Of a stretch of 64,000 bases of DNA, positions 8,480 to 17,797 are shown piece by piece. The stretch's first letter is position 1. The number at the start of each line of letters is the position of its first letter. This DNA is from Hyphomicrobiales bacterium (GTDB lineage Bacteria > Pseudomonadota > Alphaproteobacteria > Rhizobiales > OSC116): NCBI GenBank assembly GCA_002401855.1, contig NVUH01000008.1, positions 21,126-85,125 on the forward strand. The letters are read 5' to 3'. Position numbers and translations under genes: made by a program. The notes under the pieces were generated by a model. That model searched no databases. It worked only from the letters and a program-made list of their open reading frames with translations, and was not told the DNA's origin.

Positions 8480-10006
8480 ATGTGTAAATTATGTGATGAG
8501 GGAAAACCACAATTAATCTGTGGATCACGCAGAGATTTCATAAAAACAGCGGCCATAGCAGGCACTGCCACAGCGGCATCGACGGTTTTGGGCGTGACCA
8601 GTGTCAACGCCGCTGAAACCGCAGCTACGATGAGCAGCATGCCCAAAGATGTTGGCAAAACAGGCCGTAAAACCATCATCAAAGGCGGCGCCATCTTATC
8701 GATGGATGACAAAGTTGGTAATTTTGAAAAAGCCGATGTGTTGCTTGATGGCAAAAAAATTATCGCCATTGGCCCCAATCTTGAAGCTGCCGATGCCGCG
8801 ATCATTGATGCCGAAGGCATGATCGTCATGCCCGGGTTTATCGATACCCATCACCATCAATTCGAAACCGCATTACGCAGTTTTTTAGCCGATGGTATTT
8901 TGGTCAATGATGGCCAACCGCACAGCGCCTATAATTATTACGAAACTATTTTGCAAAAATTCTCAATGGTTTACCGCCCATCTGATGTTTATATCAATGA
9001 ATTATTCGGCTCCATCGCGCAATTAGATGCGGGTGTCACCACGGTGATGGATGTCTCGCAAATTCACCATTCACCCGAACATTCCGATGCGGTGATTTCG
9101 GCCTTAAAAGATGCGGGTCGGCGCGCCGTGTTTGGTTATTTTGAAGGCTGGGGCGATGATGCCAAATATCCAGATGATGCTGCCCGCATCAAAACCGAAC
9201 ATTTTGCCTCTGACGACCAGCTGTTAAGCATGGTTATGGGTGGTGAAATTTATTTGCCGGGCTATGAAAAAGCCTGGAAAGTCGGCCGCGATTTAGGCAT
9301 GCCCATTGCTTTACATGTTGTCGGCACATTTGGCATGGCAGGCACTTTTGATGAGCTAGCTAAAGCTGGCGAATTTGGCGATGACAATATTTTCATTCAC
9401 ATGACAGGCATGTCCGACATGGCTTGGAAAATCGCCGCCGATGCAGGCGCGCATGTTTCCCTATCTGTGCCGATTGAAATGACCATGCGCCACGGCATGC
9501 CGCCCATTCAAAAAGCTTTGGATTTGGGCATGCAGCCTTCTCTTTCCAGCGATGTTGAATGCACCATGACGGCAGACCCGTTCACCCAAATGCGCTCAGC
9601 GATGACTTTACAACGTGCATTCATCAACGAACGGGCGTTATCGGGCGAGGAAGATTTACCAGAATTGGTCACATCAAATGATGTCATCCGTTTCGCCACA
9701 TTGGAAGGCGCAAAAGGCCTGAAATTAGATGGCAAAACAGGCAGTCTAACGCCCGGTAAAGAGGCCGACATTGTGCTGCTTGATGCCAATGCCATTAATG
9801 TCACCCCGCTCAACCATGTACCGGGTGCTGTGGCAACATTGATGGATCGCTCAAATGTTGATAGTGTTTTAGTGGCAGGTAAAATCCGCAAATGGCGCGG
9901 CACAATGGTTAATGTAGATCTGGATAAATTGCGGACGGAATTAACCGCCAGCCGCGATTACCTATTTGAAGCCGCTGGCATCAAACAAGATCTATTTCGC
10001 AAATAG
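8480..10006 (+). CDS. Tat-exported amidohydrolase-superfamily enzyme (TRZ/ATZ / aminohydrolase-like)
   Basis: Twin-arginine motif SRRDFIKTAAIAGTATAAS followed by VNA-AE. Metal-binding HxH context (GFIDTHHHQFE). Strong RBS GAGGGAGGAAGG. 508 aa. Confidence 0.8.
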   Translation: MCKLCDEGKPQLICGSRRDFIKTAAIAGTATAASTVLGVTSVNAAETAATMSSMPKDVGKTGRKTIIKGGAILSMDDKVGNFEKADVLLDGKKIIAIGPNLEAADAAIIDAEGMIVMPGFIDTHHHQFETALRSFLADGILVNDGQPHSAYNYYETILQKFSMVYRPSDVYINELFGSIAQLDAGVTTVMDVSQIHHSPEHSDAVISALKDAGRRAVFGYFEGWGDDAKYPDDAARIKTEHFASDDQLLSMVMGGEIYLPGYEKAWKVGRDLGMPIALHVVGTFGMAGTFDELAKAGEFGDDNIFIHMTGMSDMAWKIAADAGAHVSLSVPIEMTMRHGMPPIQKALDLGMQPSLSSDVECTMTADPFTQMRSAMTLQRAFINERALSGEEDLPELVTSNDVIRFATLEGAKGLKLDGKTGSLTPGKEADIVLLDANAINVTPLNHVPGAVATLMDRSNVDSVLVAGKIRKWRGTMVNVDLDKLRTELTASRDYLFEAAGIKQDLFRK

Positions 10007-10019
10007 CAACACTCCCCAT

Positions 10020-10045
10020 GAAAAGACGCATTTATGCGTCTTTTC
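10020..10045. terminator. Bidirectional rho-independent terminator hairpin
   Basis: GAAAAGACGCA-TTTA-TGCGTCTTTTC is a perfect 11-bp stem with A/T runs on both sides. It lies between the convergent amidohydrolase and thuB-like genes. Confidence 0.8.
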
Positions 10046-10082
10046 TACTTATACTCGACAAGTCTACTTATATTCTGCAAGC

Positions 10083-11141
10083 CTATTTATGATCTCCAAG
10101 CGCTTGATCGAGAATTTTTTGCAAGGCAGCACCACGGGCAAATGTTGGCTCTAATGATTTTTGTTCACGAATTGATTTTACAAATTTTTGATAGATTGTG
10201 TCCACCTCAGGTGTTTCCACCTCATGCCATGTCTCAGTTTCTAAATCCTCAGCAAGGCAGGCGTTTAGGCGGCTGATTTTCTTTTCAAACAACACTTCCA
10301 AACCGCCCTTATCGCCATAAATGCGCAGGCGTAAATCATTATGATGGCCAGATGCAAAACGCGTGGCACTAATCGTGCCCAAAGCGTTGTTTTCAAGCTG
10401 CATATGCATGACAAAACTATCATTGGCATCAAGCGGATATTCACCAATCTGATTGTTTGGTGCTTTATCAAAAGTATGTAATTTACAATCCATATTTTGC
10501 GGCATTTGCCCCGCAATATAGGTGGCAAAATCAATGATATGAATGCCAACATCGCCCAACACACCTTTTGAGCCATGCTCGCTAGATAATCGCCACAACC
10601 ATTGACTTTCAGTTTTCCAATCGCCCCAAGCAGGCTGGGTCAACCATGATTGCAAATAAGATGCTTCAAAATGTTTCACCTCACCAATCGCGCCTTCAGC
10701 CACCATTTGCGCGGCTTTTTGCACTGCCGCGACATCGCGATAACTTAAATTGACCATATTCACGACGCCCATTTTCTGGGCTAAATCGGCCATTTCTTGC
10801 GCCTCTGGATATGATGTGGCCAATGGTTTTTCACATAAAACATGCTTATTCGCCGCTAAAATTTGCATGGTCGTGGCGTAATGAACTTTGTCAGGTGTCA
10901 CGTTTGAAACCGCATCAAATTCACCCCATGCTAGCAAATCATCTAACGAGGTGAATCTATGTTCAATGTCATACTCATCACAAAATTTTTGCAACAAAGC
11001 TTCATCCATATCCAAACCCGCAACAACGGTCACATCTGGGTTATCATTATAGGCCGCAGCATGGTTGTTGGCCATGCCACCCGTACCAACAATTGCAATT
11101 CGCGTTGGGGCGATACGGGTTGGTATTGATTTATCTGTCAT
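10083..11141 (-). CDS. thuB: Gfo/Idh/MocA-family oxidoreductase (ThuB-like)
   Basis: Rossmann N-terminus RIAIVGTGGMANNHAAAY. It follows a ThuA-family gene, as in the Sinorhizobium thuEFGKAB locus. Confidence 0.7.
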   Translation of the reverse strand: MTDKSIPTRIAPTRIAIVGTGGMANNHAAAYNDNPDVTVVAGLDMDEALLQKFCDEYDIEHRFTSLDDLLAWGEFDAVSNVTPDKVHYATTMQILAANKHVLCEKPLATSYPEAQEMADLAQKMGVVNMVNLSYRDVAAVQKAAQMVAEGAIGEVKHFEASYLQSWLTQPAWGDWKTESQWLWRLSSEHGSKGVLGDVGIHIIDFATYIAGQMPQNMDCKLHTFDKAPNNQIGEYPLDANDSFVMHMQLENNALGTISATRFASGHHNDLRLRIYGDKGGLEVLFEKKISRLNACLAEDLETETWHEVETPEVDTIYQKFVKSIREQKSLEPTFARGAALQKILDQALGDHK

Positions 11142-11163
11142 ATATCTCTCTTAATTTTGGCGG

Positions 11164-11949
11164 TTATTTAAAACCATCTTCGCCATCTTGGTGCAATCTT
11201 GGCCCACGCTCAACGATTTTCTCAATGGCGTCTTCAACAGGTCTATTGGGCGCATCCGTCACATCTTGCACCCGCGCTTGGGGATTATAAGCCCAATTCA
11301 CCGCATTGGTCAACACAGTTTGCACGTTTTTATCATGATAAGTTGGGTAAGTTTCATGCCCCGGGCGGAAGTAGAAAATATTGCCAGCACCGCGCTTATA
11401 AGTCACGCCAGAGCGGAACACTTCACCGCCTTGAAACCAGCTGATAAATACATTTTCAAGCGGTTCTGGTATGCCAAATGGCTCACCATACATTTCTTCA
11501 TTTTCAAGTTCAAAATAATCAGGCAGGCCTTTGGCAATCGGGTGATTGCGTGATGTCACCCACAGGCGCTCCCGCTCACCAGCTTCGCGCCATGACAAGT
11601 TACACGGCGTGCCCATTAAACGCTTAAAGGGTTTTGAAAAATGCGCGCTGTGCAAAAATATCAAGCCCATGCCGCTCCATACAGCCTCGCAAACCCGCTC
11701 GACCACTTCGTCAGACACATCGCCATGGGCGGCGTGTCCCCACCATAATAATACATCAGTTTCAGCCAAACGCTCGGCGGTTAAGCCATGCTCGGCCTGT
11801 TGCAAAGTCGCAGTTGTGGCGTCTATGTTGGCAGATTTATTTAACGTCTCGGCGATGCAGCCATGCATGCCATTAGGATATAAATCAGATACAGTTTTAT
11901 TGGTTTGTTCGTGAACATTTTCACCCCAAACAACAGTTTTTATTGTCAT
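11164..11949 (-). CDS. thuA: ThuA-family protein (trehalose utilisation)
   Basis: MTIKTVVWGENVHE... is a typical ThuA start. I chose the internal ATG at 11949. The ATG at 11967 abuts the thuK stop and has no RBS. Confidence 0.8.
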   Translation of the reverse strand: MTIKTVVWGENVHEQTNKTVSDLYPNGMHGCIAETLNKSANIDATTATLQQAEHGLTAERLAETDVLLWWGHAAHGDVSDEVVERVCEAVWSGMGLIFLHSAHFSKPFKRLMGTPCNLSWREAGERERLWVTSRNHPIAKGLPDYFELENEEMYGEPFGIPEPLENVFISWFQGGEVFRSGVTYKRGAGNIFYFRPGHETYPTYHDKNVQTVLTNAVNWAYNPQARVQDVTDAPNRPVEDAIEKIVERGPRLHQDGEDGFK

Positions 11950-11967
11950 TATTTTTTCCGCTTTCAT

Positions 11968-12981
11968 TTAAAGAGCTGGCTTGCCCTGTTGATTAAATTT
12001 ATGCAAATTGGCGTTTTGGGGGCGAAGATTGACTTCCGTGCCATTTGCAATTTTTAGTTTTCCTGCTTGACGCACCACTAACGGCTCATCCGCGCCAATC
12101 TCTACATATAAATAATTGTCCGAGCCTAAGTCTTCAGCATGAATCACCTTGCCAGTCCAGAGCTTATCCGAATTATCCTCAACTACAATTTCAATATGTT
12201 CAGGGCGAATACCCAAAGTGTGGCAGTTAAACTCATCAGCAAACTTACCCGTTAAGAAATTCATCTTTGGTGAGCCAATAAACCCGGCCACAAATATTGA
12301 GGCTGGGCTTTCATAAAGCTCACTTGGTGTGCCGACTTGCTCAACAATGCCAGCACGCAAAACGCAAATTCTATCGGCCAAGGTCATGGCTTCAACTTGG
12401 TCATGGGTCACATAAACCATAGTTGTGTCTTGCATATCATGGTGCAATTTAGCAATCTCTAGCCGTGTCGCCACCCGCAATGCGGCATCTAAGTTGGATA
12501 AAGGCTCATCAAACAAAAACACTTTTGGGTCACGCACAATGGCGCGGCCAATGGCCACCCGTTGGCGTTGCCCGCCCGATAATTGTTTGGGCAGGCGCTC
12601 GAGCAAATCTTCGATTTGTAGCATTCGTGCCGCGTTTAGCACGCGTTCCTTCATCTCTTGTTTGGTGGTCTTGGCCAGCTTCAAGCCAAACGCCATATTG
12701 TCATAAACCGTCATATGCGGGTAGAGCGCGTAAGATTGAAACACCATAGCAATGCCGCGTTTAGAGGGGATGACGTTATTGACAACCTCACCATCAAACA
12801 ATAATTCACCGTCACTGATGGTTTCCAAACCCGATATGAGCCGCAATAAGGTCGATTTTCCGCAACCCGATGGGCCGACAAAAACCATAAATTCACCCGA
12901 TTTTATCTCTAAGTCTATGCCCTTAATCACATGCACGGCGCCGTATGATTTATGCAAGTTTTTCAATTGAATGTTAGCCAT
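11968..12981 (-). CDS. thuK: Sugar ABC transporter ATP-binding protein (MalK/UgpC type)
   Basis: Walker A GPSGCGKST, signature LSGGQRQRV and Walker B FLFDEP. Position matches thuK. Confidence 0.85.
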   Translation of the reverse strand: MANIQLKNLHKSYGAVHVIKGIDLEIKSGEFMVFVGPSGCGKSTLLRLISGLETISDGELLFDGEVVNNVIPSKRGIAMVFQSYALYPHMTVYDNMAFGLKLAKTTKQEMKERVLNAARMLQIEDLLERLPKQLSGGQRQRVAIGRAIVRDPKVFLFDEPLSNLDAALRVATRLEIAKLHHDMQDTTMVYVTHDQVEAMTLADRICVLRAGIVEQVGTPSELYESPASIFVAGFIGSPKMNFLTGKFADEFNCHTLGIRPEHIEIVVEDNSDKLWTGKVIHAEDLGSDNYLYVEIGADEPLVVRQAGKLKIANGTEVNLRPQNANLHKFNQQGKPAL

Positions 12982-12993
12982 TATTTACTCCAA

Positions 12994-13827
12994 TTATCCT
13001 TTAACCCCACCAGCGGTGAGGCCAGAAACGATTTTACGTTGAAAAATAAGCACGAGTGCAATGAGCGGTACGGTTACGATTACCGATGCTGCCATAATTG
13101 TGCCCCAAGGGGTTTCATATTGTGATGTGCCAGAAAGTAGCGCAATCGCCACGGGCACAGTTCTGGTGATTTCTGACGATGTAAAAGTCAGCGCAAAAAG
13201 AAACTCATTCCACGCACCAATGAATGCCAGTAAGCCTGTTGTCACCAAAGCGGGCCACATTAAAGGCATAAACACTTTGGTAATGATGTCCCACGGCGTC
13301 GCGCCATCAATGATCGCCGCTTCTTCAATTTCGACTGGCAAGCCCCGCATAAAAGTGGTCAAAACCCATACGGTGAATGGCAAGGTGAAAATCGTATAGC
13401 TTAAAATCAACGCCCAAGGCGTGTTGTAAATGCCCAAATAACGGATCAATTCAAACAAACCCGCCAGCACCGCAATTTGCGGAAACATCGACACGCCCAA
13501 AATGGTCATTAACAACAAGCCACGACCTTTGAATTTTACCCGCGCCAAGGCATAGGATGCGGTGACCGCCAAAAACAAAGCAAATATAACCGTGGTAGAG
13601 GCAACGAATACCGAGTTGGCAATGTTACGCAAAAACGTTCTGCCGCCCAGCACCGAAGCGTAATTTGAAAAGTCAAAACTATCGGGAAAATAATTAACTC
13701 TAAACAGGTCTGTGCCGGTTTTAAGGCTGGTTAGAATCGCGTAATAAAACGGGAATATAGCGATAAACACAACGACAAACACCGCAAAATAAAAACTGAT
13801 TTTCTTGACATAATCCATTGAGGTCAT
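12994..13827 (-). CDS. thuG: CUT1 sugar ABC transporter permease
   Basis: 277-aa polytopic ORF with an EAA-like loop (EIEEAAIIDGATPW). Confidence 0.85.
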   Translation of the reverse strand: MTSMDYVKKISFYFAVFVVVFIAIFPFYYAILTSLKTGTDLFRVNYFPDSFDFSNYASVLGGRTFLRNIANSVFVASTTVIFALFLAVTASYALARVKFKGRGLLLMTILGVSMFPQIAVLAGLFELIRYLGIYNTPWALILSYTIFTLPFTVWVLTTFMRGLPVEIEEAAIIDGATPWDIITKVFMPLMWPALVTTGLLAFIGAWNEFLFALTFTSSEITRTVPVAIALLSGTSQYETPWGTIMAASVIVTVPLIALVLIFQRKIVSGLTAGGVKG

Positions 13828-14810
13828 TGTTCGTCCTTTCCACCTAAGTCAACTTTTCCAAGCCAAATATAAGCCGCCACAAAAATGGCAATGATGGCAA
13901 ATAGCAAGGTCGATTGAGCCGAACCATAAGCGAATTTATCGAATTCAAACAGGTTTTCGCGGCTGATGATTGACATGGTTTTGGTGGCTTTTGAGTTGGG
14001 GGTGAGAACGTAAATCAAATCAAAAATCCGCAACGCATCTAATATTCTAAAAATCACCGCCACCATAAGTGCGGGCCGCACCAGTGGCAAAGTGACTTTA
14101 AAAAACACTTTTATAGGGTGTACACCGTCAACTTTTGCGGCTTCGTACACATCTTTCGGTATCATCTGCAAGCCTGCCAAACATAGCAAAGCCATAAATG
14201 GCGTGGTTTTCCAAACGTCGACAACCAATACCGACATCATGGCGGTGTCGATACTCGCCGTCCACGCAATCTTATGGTCAATCAGGCCAATTTTAAGCAA
14301 GGCATCATTAATGATGCCGAACTGATCATTGAGCATCCAGCCCCACATTTTGGCCGAAACAATTGTGGGTATCGCCCACGGGATGAGAATGGCGGCACGC
14401 ACCAAACCGCGGCCTTTAAATTCGACATTGAGCATCAAAGCGACCAACATACCTAAAACCGCTTCAATAGATACGGATACAAAGGAGAATCTGACCGTGT
14501 TCCAAACTGCATTCCACCATGCAGGGTCAGCTAGTGTGCCGCGCCAGATCACACGGCCTGATGATAACTCACGGTAAGATAAATAATTTTTAAACCAAAC
14601 CCACTCGCCTTCATAAAGGCTGGTTAACGAGGTATCGGTGAAGGAAAAATAAATGGTGCGTAACAAAGGCCACGCCGCAACACAAAATAGCATGACGATC
14701 ATGGGGGCCAAAAACCAAAATGCAGCCCGCACTCGTTGCTGCTGCAAACTAAGTGAATTTGACGTTTTATGGCTGCGCTTCGTCCCGTTTTCTAAGCTAA
14801 AATTGGACAT
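13824..14810 (-). CDS. thuF: CUT1 sugar ABC transporter permease
   Basis: 328-aa polytopic ORF with an EAA-like loop (VYEAAKVDGVHP). It overlaps thuG by 4 nt. Confidence 0.85.
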   Translation of the reverse strand: MSNFSLENGTKRSHKTSNSLSLQQQRVRAAFWFLAPMIVMLFCVAAWPLLRTIYFSFTDTSLTSLYEGEWVWFKNYLSYRELSSGRVIWRGTLADPAWWNAVWNTVRFSFVSVSIEAVLGMLVALMLNVEFKGRGLVRAAILIPWAIPTIVSAKMWGWMLNDQFGIINDALLKIGLIDHKIAWTASIDTAMMSVLVVDVWKTTPFMALLCLAGLQMIPKDVYEAAKVDGVHPIKVFFKVTLPLVRPALMVAVIFRILDALRIFDLIYVLTPNSKATKTMSIISRENLFEFDKFAYGSAQSTLLFAIIAIFVAAYIWLGKVDLGGKDEQ

Positions 14811-14835
14811 AAAATTCTCACAAATTTAAGCCCTC

Positions 14836-14861
14836 GTGTAGATTACTTCAGTAATCTACAC
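14836..14861 (-). other. Intercistronic stem-loop between SBP and permease genes
   Basis: GTGTAGATTACT-TC-AGTAATCTACAC has perfect 12-nt arms. Confidence 0.6.
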
Positions 14862-14880
14862 AGGAGGATTTGTTAAAGGT

Positions 14881-14906
14881 GCTGAGCCATATAAATACGG
14901 CTCAGC
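14881..14906 (-). other. Intercistronic stem-loop / partial terminator after the SBP gene
   Basis: GCTGAGCC-N10-GGCTCAGC is an 8-bp GC-rich stem, 21 nt downstream of the thuE-like stop. Confidence 0.55.
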
Positions 14907-14926
14907 TTTAATGATAGATAATTAAA

Positions 14927-16195
14927 TTACCAACCACTACCTTTTAAATCTTGCAAATCTGCTTCCAAAATTTCGAAGTTTTCTGCTGTTGTGCCATCGC
15001 CCGAAAGAGAGCTATGCACTGCAGACCAGAATTTAGAAGACACTTCGTTATATTTAGATTTTGTTGGTGCTGATGGGCGCGGAACCGCTTGTAAGAACAC
15101 ACTTTTCCAGCTTGGAATGATGGGTTGTTCTCTGGCAATGTCGGCATCATCATAAAGCGCCACGATTGTTGGTAGGTTTGAAGATACCAATGCACGGGTT
15201 TTTTGCGCTTCTTCGCTGGCCAAATATACGGCCAATGAAGTGGCTACATCTATATGCTCAGAATATTTAGACACAGCCACATTCCAGCCGCCTAAAGTGG
15301 CCGCTGATGTATCATGTCCACCACCAGTTGGCAAAGGCACAACGTCAAATTTGCCTTTAATCGGGCTGTCATCACCATTACCTAAACCATAGGCATAAGG
15401 CCAGTTACGCATAAAAACTGCGTTGCCAGTTTGCCATACACCGCGGGCTTCTTCTTCTTGATAAGCCAACACGCCTGCGGGTGAAATGCTGCCAACCCAG
15501 GTTTTCACCAAATCAATGGCGGCGATGGCTTTTACATTGTTAATCGAAATGGTGCCATCAGCTTCAATAATTTGACCGCCACCGAATGATTTCACCCATT
15601 CCAAAGCGTTACAAGTTAGGCCTTCATAGGCATTTCCTTGCCATACAAAACCCCACATATCGCCATTACCAGCAGCACGTTCGGCATCTTGCACCATTTG
15701 TGCTGTTGTGGTCAGCTCTTCCCATGTTTTAGGAATAGAGGCACCATGCTTTTCGAGCAAATCTGTACGATAATAAAGTGCAGGCGCATCGGTGAAAATT
15801 GGCAAAGCCACTAATTTCCCGTTGACGGTTTGAGATTCAATGATTGATTTGAAATGCTTTGGCGCTAAATCTTTTGCAGCATCAGCCAGATCGATAAATT
15901 GTTCAGCCAATTGCGGCGCCCAAATCACGTCTGTTTGGTAAATGTCGATGTCTTTATTGCCAGCGGCTAACCACAAACGATATTGACCAAATTGATCGGT
16001 CGATGAAGATGGCATTGGCACAAATGTAACGCTATTGCCCGTTGATTCTTCCCATGGCGCAACAATTTTTTTAAAGTTTTCCAAAGCGTTACCAGTAACA
16101 CCTGAAACATAATTGATATTTTCGGCATATGCCACGCCACTTAGCAGTAAGGCCGTAGCGACCGATAAAGCGCGGATTTTTAAGTTTTTAATCAT
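14927..16195 (-). CDS. thuE: CUT1 sugar ABC transporter substrate-binding protein
   Basis: The signal peptide MIKNLKIRALSVATALLLSGVAYA starts at the ATG at 16195, with GAGGG upstream. The 40-codon 5' extension in the ORF track is not homologous. Confidence 0.8.
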   Translation of the reverse strand: MIKNLKIRALSVATALLLSGVAYAENINYVSGVTGNALENFKKIVAPWEESTGNSVTFVPMPSSSTDQFGQYRLWLAAGNKDIDIYQTDVIWAPQLAEQFIDLADAAKDLAPKHFKSIIESQTVNGKLVALPIFTDAPALYYRTDLLEKHGASIPKTWEELTTTAQMVQDAERAAGNGDMWGFVWQGNAYEGLTCNALEWVKSFGGGQIIEADGTISINNVKAIAAIDLVKTWVGSISPAGVLAYQEEEARGVWQTGNAVFMRNWPYAYGLGNGDDSPIKGKFDVVPLPTGGGHDTSAATLGGWNVAVSKYSEHIDVATSLAVYLASEEAQKTRALVSSNLPTIVALYDDADIAREQPIIPSWKSVFLQAVPRPSAPTKSKYNEVSSKFWSAVHSSLSGDGTTAENFEILEADLQDLKGSGW

Positions 16196-16261
16196 TTTTC
16201 CCTCATTCAAATTAGAATTCATTTCCCTTATTAAAAACGCTTCAAATTTTAGAAATACAAA

Positions 16262-16279
16262 ATCCAAAACGTTTCGGAT
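16262..16279. promoter_or_regulatory. Candidate LacI-type operator (ATCCAAAACGTTTCGGAT)
   Basis: 16/18 symmetric palindrome centred on CG, 67-84 nt upstream of the thuE-like ATG. It shares the half-site (A/T)TCCAAAA with 17426-17443. Confidence 0.55.
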
Positions 16280-16339
16280 TTTGTAGCATGCAGTCAAAAA
16301 GCTGTCAAGCCGCATCGAAACGTAAAAACTGATTTTATA

Positions 16340-17374
16340 TTAGATTTTGATATTATTAACAGCAGCGGTTGAAGCACGGGTCATAAATTCAAACGGCGCG
16401 ACTTGTTGTAATTTTTTAAGCGGCACACCTTCAATTGTGCCACATAAATATTCTGCCAATGGCCCCCAGCTACTTTCTAGTGCTGAACGGGTCACCGTGA
16501 GGGCTGGATAAAATGCCGACGCACGAAAACGTGGCAATACATCATCATGTGCGACAACAGATATATGCTGAGGGATATCTAATTTCAATGCATCCAACGC
16601 CTTATAAACCCCACGGGCAATCAAAATATTACCAGCAATAATGGCGGTCGGTTTTATCTCGGTATGGGTGAGCAATTGCACTGTAGATACAATCCCAAGC
16701 GACTCGTACATGCCGCCACTACGTATCAAATGGGGGTAAAAAGGCAGGCGACCCGCAGCCAATGCGGCTTGATAACCTTTCAGCCTTGCTGCGGAATAGC
16801 AACTTCCCTCTAAACCATTAATAAGCGCTATATGTTTATGCCCTAGCTTTATCAGGTGCTCAGTCAACGAATAAGCCACCCCATAGTTATCAATGTCAAA
16901 ATACGGGAAATTATTTTCATTTGGCGTGCGCCCATGCACCACAAATGGAAAACTTTTTTCTTGTAAAAAGGCGATTCTAGGGTCATTGATAATTGCCTCT
17001 ACAATCACAAACCCATCTATCGCGCCACTATTTACCAGCTTTCTATAAGCTTCAATCTCATCTTCATTTTTATCTATTATATGAATGATAAATTGCTTAT
17101 TACGTTTGGCAAATTGCGCAGACAGACCAACAATAACATCAAGATAGTTATCACTCGCCTCACCAACTGGTACGCGCGAGACTAAACCCATCACCCCAGA
17201 ACGACCAGAAACCAGGTTTCGAGCCGCAATATTGGGCGAGTAATTCAGCTTTTTAGCGGCTTGTTGCACCCGTAAACGAGTTTTTTCATTCACATCGGAA
17301 TGACCATTAAGCGCCCTACTCACCTGCGTTACCGACAGGTCAAGATACTCGCCTAAATCTTTCAAAGTCGCCAT
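16340..17374 (-). CDS. LacI-family transcriptional regulator (ThuR-like)
   Basis: HTH MATLKDLGEYLDLSVTQVSRALNG followed by a periplasmic-binding-protein-like domain. 344 aa. Confidence 0.85.
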   Translation of the reverse strand: MATLKDLGEYLDLSVTQVSRALNGHSDVNEKTRLRVQQAAKKLNYSPNIAARNLVSGRSGVMGLVSRVPVGEASDNYLDVIVGLSAQFAKRNKQFIIHIIDKNEDEIEAYRKLVNSGAIDGFVIVEAIINDPRIAFLQEKSFPFVVHGRTPNENNFPYFDIDNYGVAYSLTEHLIKLGHKHIALINGLEGSCYSAARLKGYQAALAAGRLPFYPHLIRSGGMYESLGIVSTVQLLTHTEIKPTAIIAGNILIARGVYKALDALKLDIPQHISVVAHDDVLPRFRASAFYPALTVTRSALESSWGPLAEYLCGTIEGVPLKKLQQVAPFEFMTRASTAAVNNIKI

Positions 17375-17425
17375 TTAAAACCCACCCACAACACTGTAAA
17401 TTCACTATGTTCAGGCAAAACTCAC

Positions 17426-17443
17426 TTCCAAAACGATTTGGAA
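17426..17443. promoter_or_regulatory. Candidate LacI-type operator (TTCCAAAACGATTTGGAA)
   Basis: Perfect 7-bp arms TTCCAAA/TTTGGAA around ACGA, 52-69 nt upstream of the LacI-family gene start (possible autoregulation). Confidence 0.5.
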
Positions 17444-17797
17444 AAGCATTATCTAAACAAATACAAGTCTAATACCGCACTATAGCTATCGGTCGACAAA
17501 TTAGTCAACCTAAATAGACAATCAAATATACAGGCAGCAAAAACATAGGCGACAAAAACATATTGGCCAGCGCAACCAATAAGGTATTAAGCAATTTTTA
17601 ACTGTATTTTATTATAATTAACTGTAAATTATTGTACAATATGATGGAAAATACTGCTAACTAATTGAAAACAAACAACTTAAAATACAAACATTACCCC
17701 TTGATTGAATAAAGAAAATGGTATAAAGTCTCCGCGAAATATCAACTAGTCACCTCCCCTCGGCGCTAACTAACTCAGAATCAAAAGAAATAACTAT

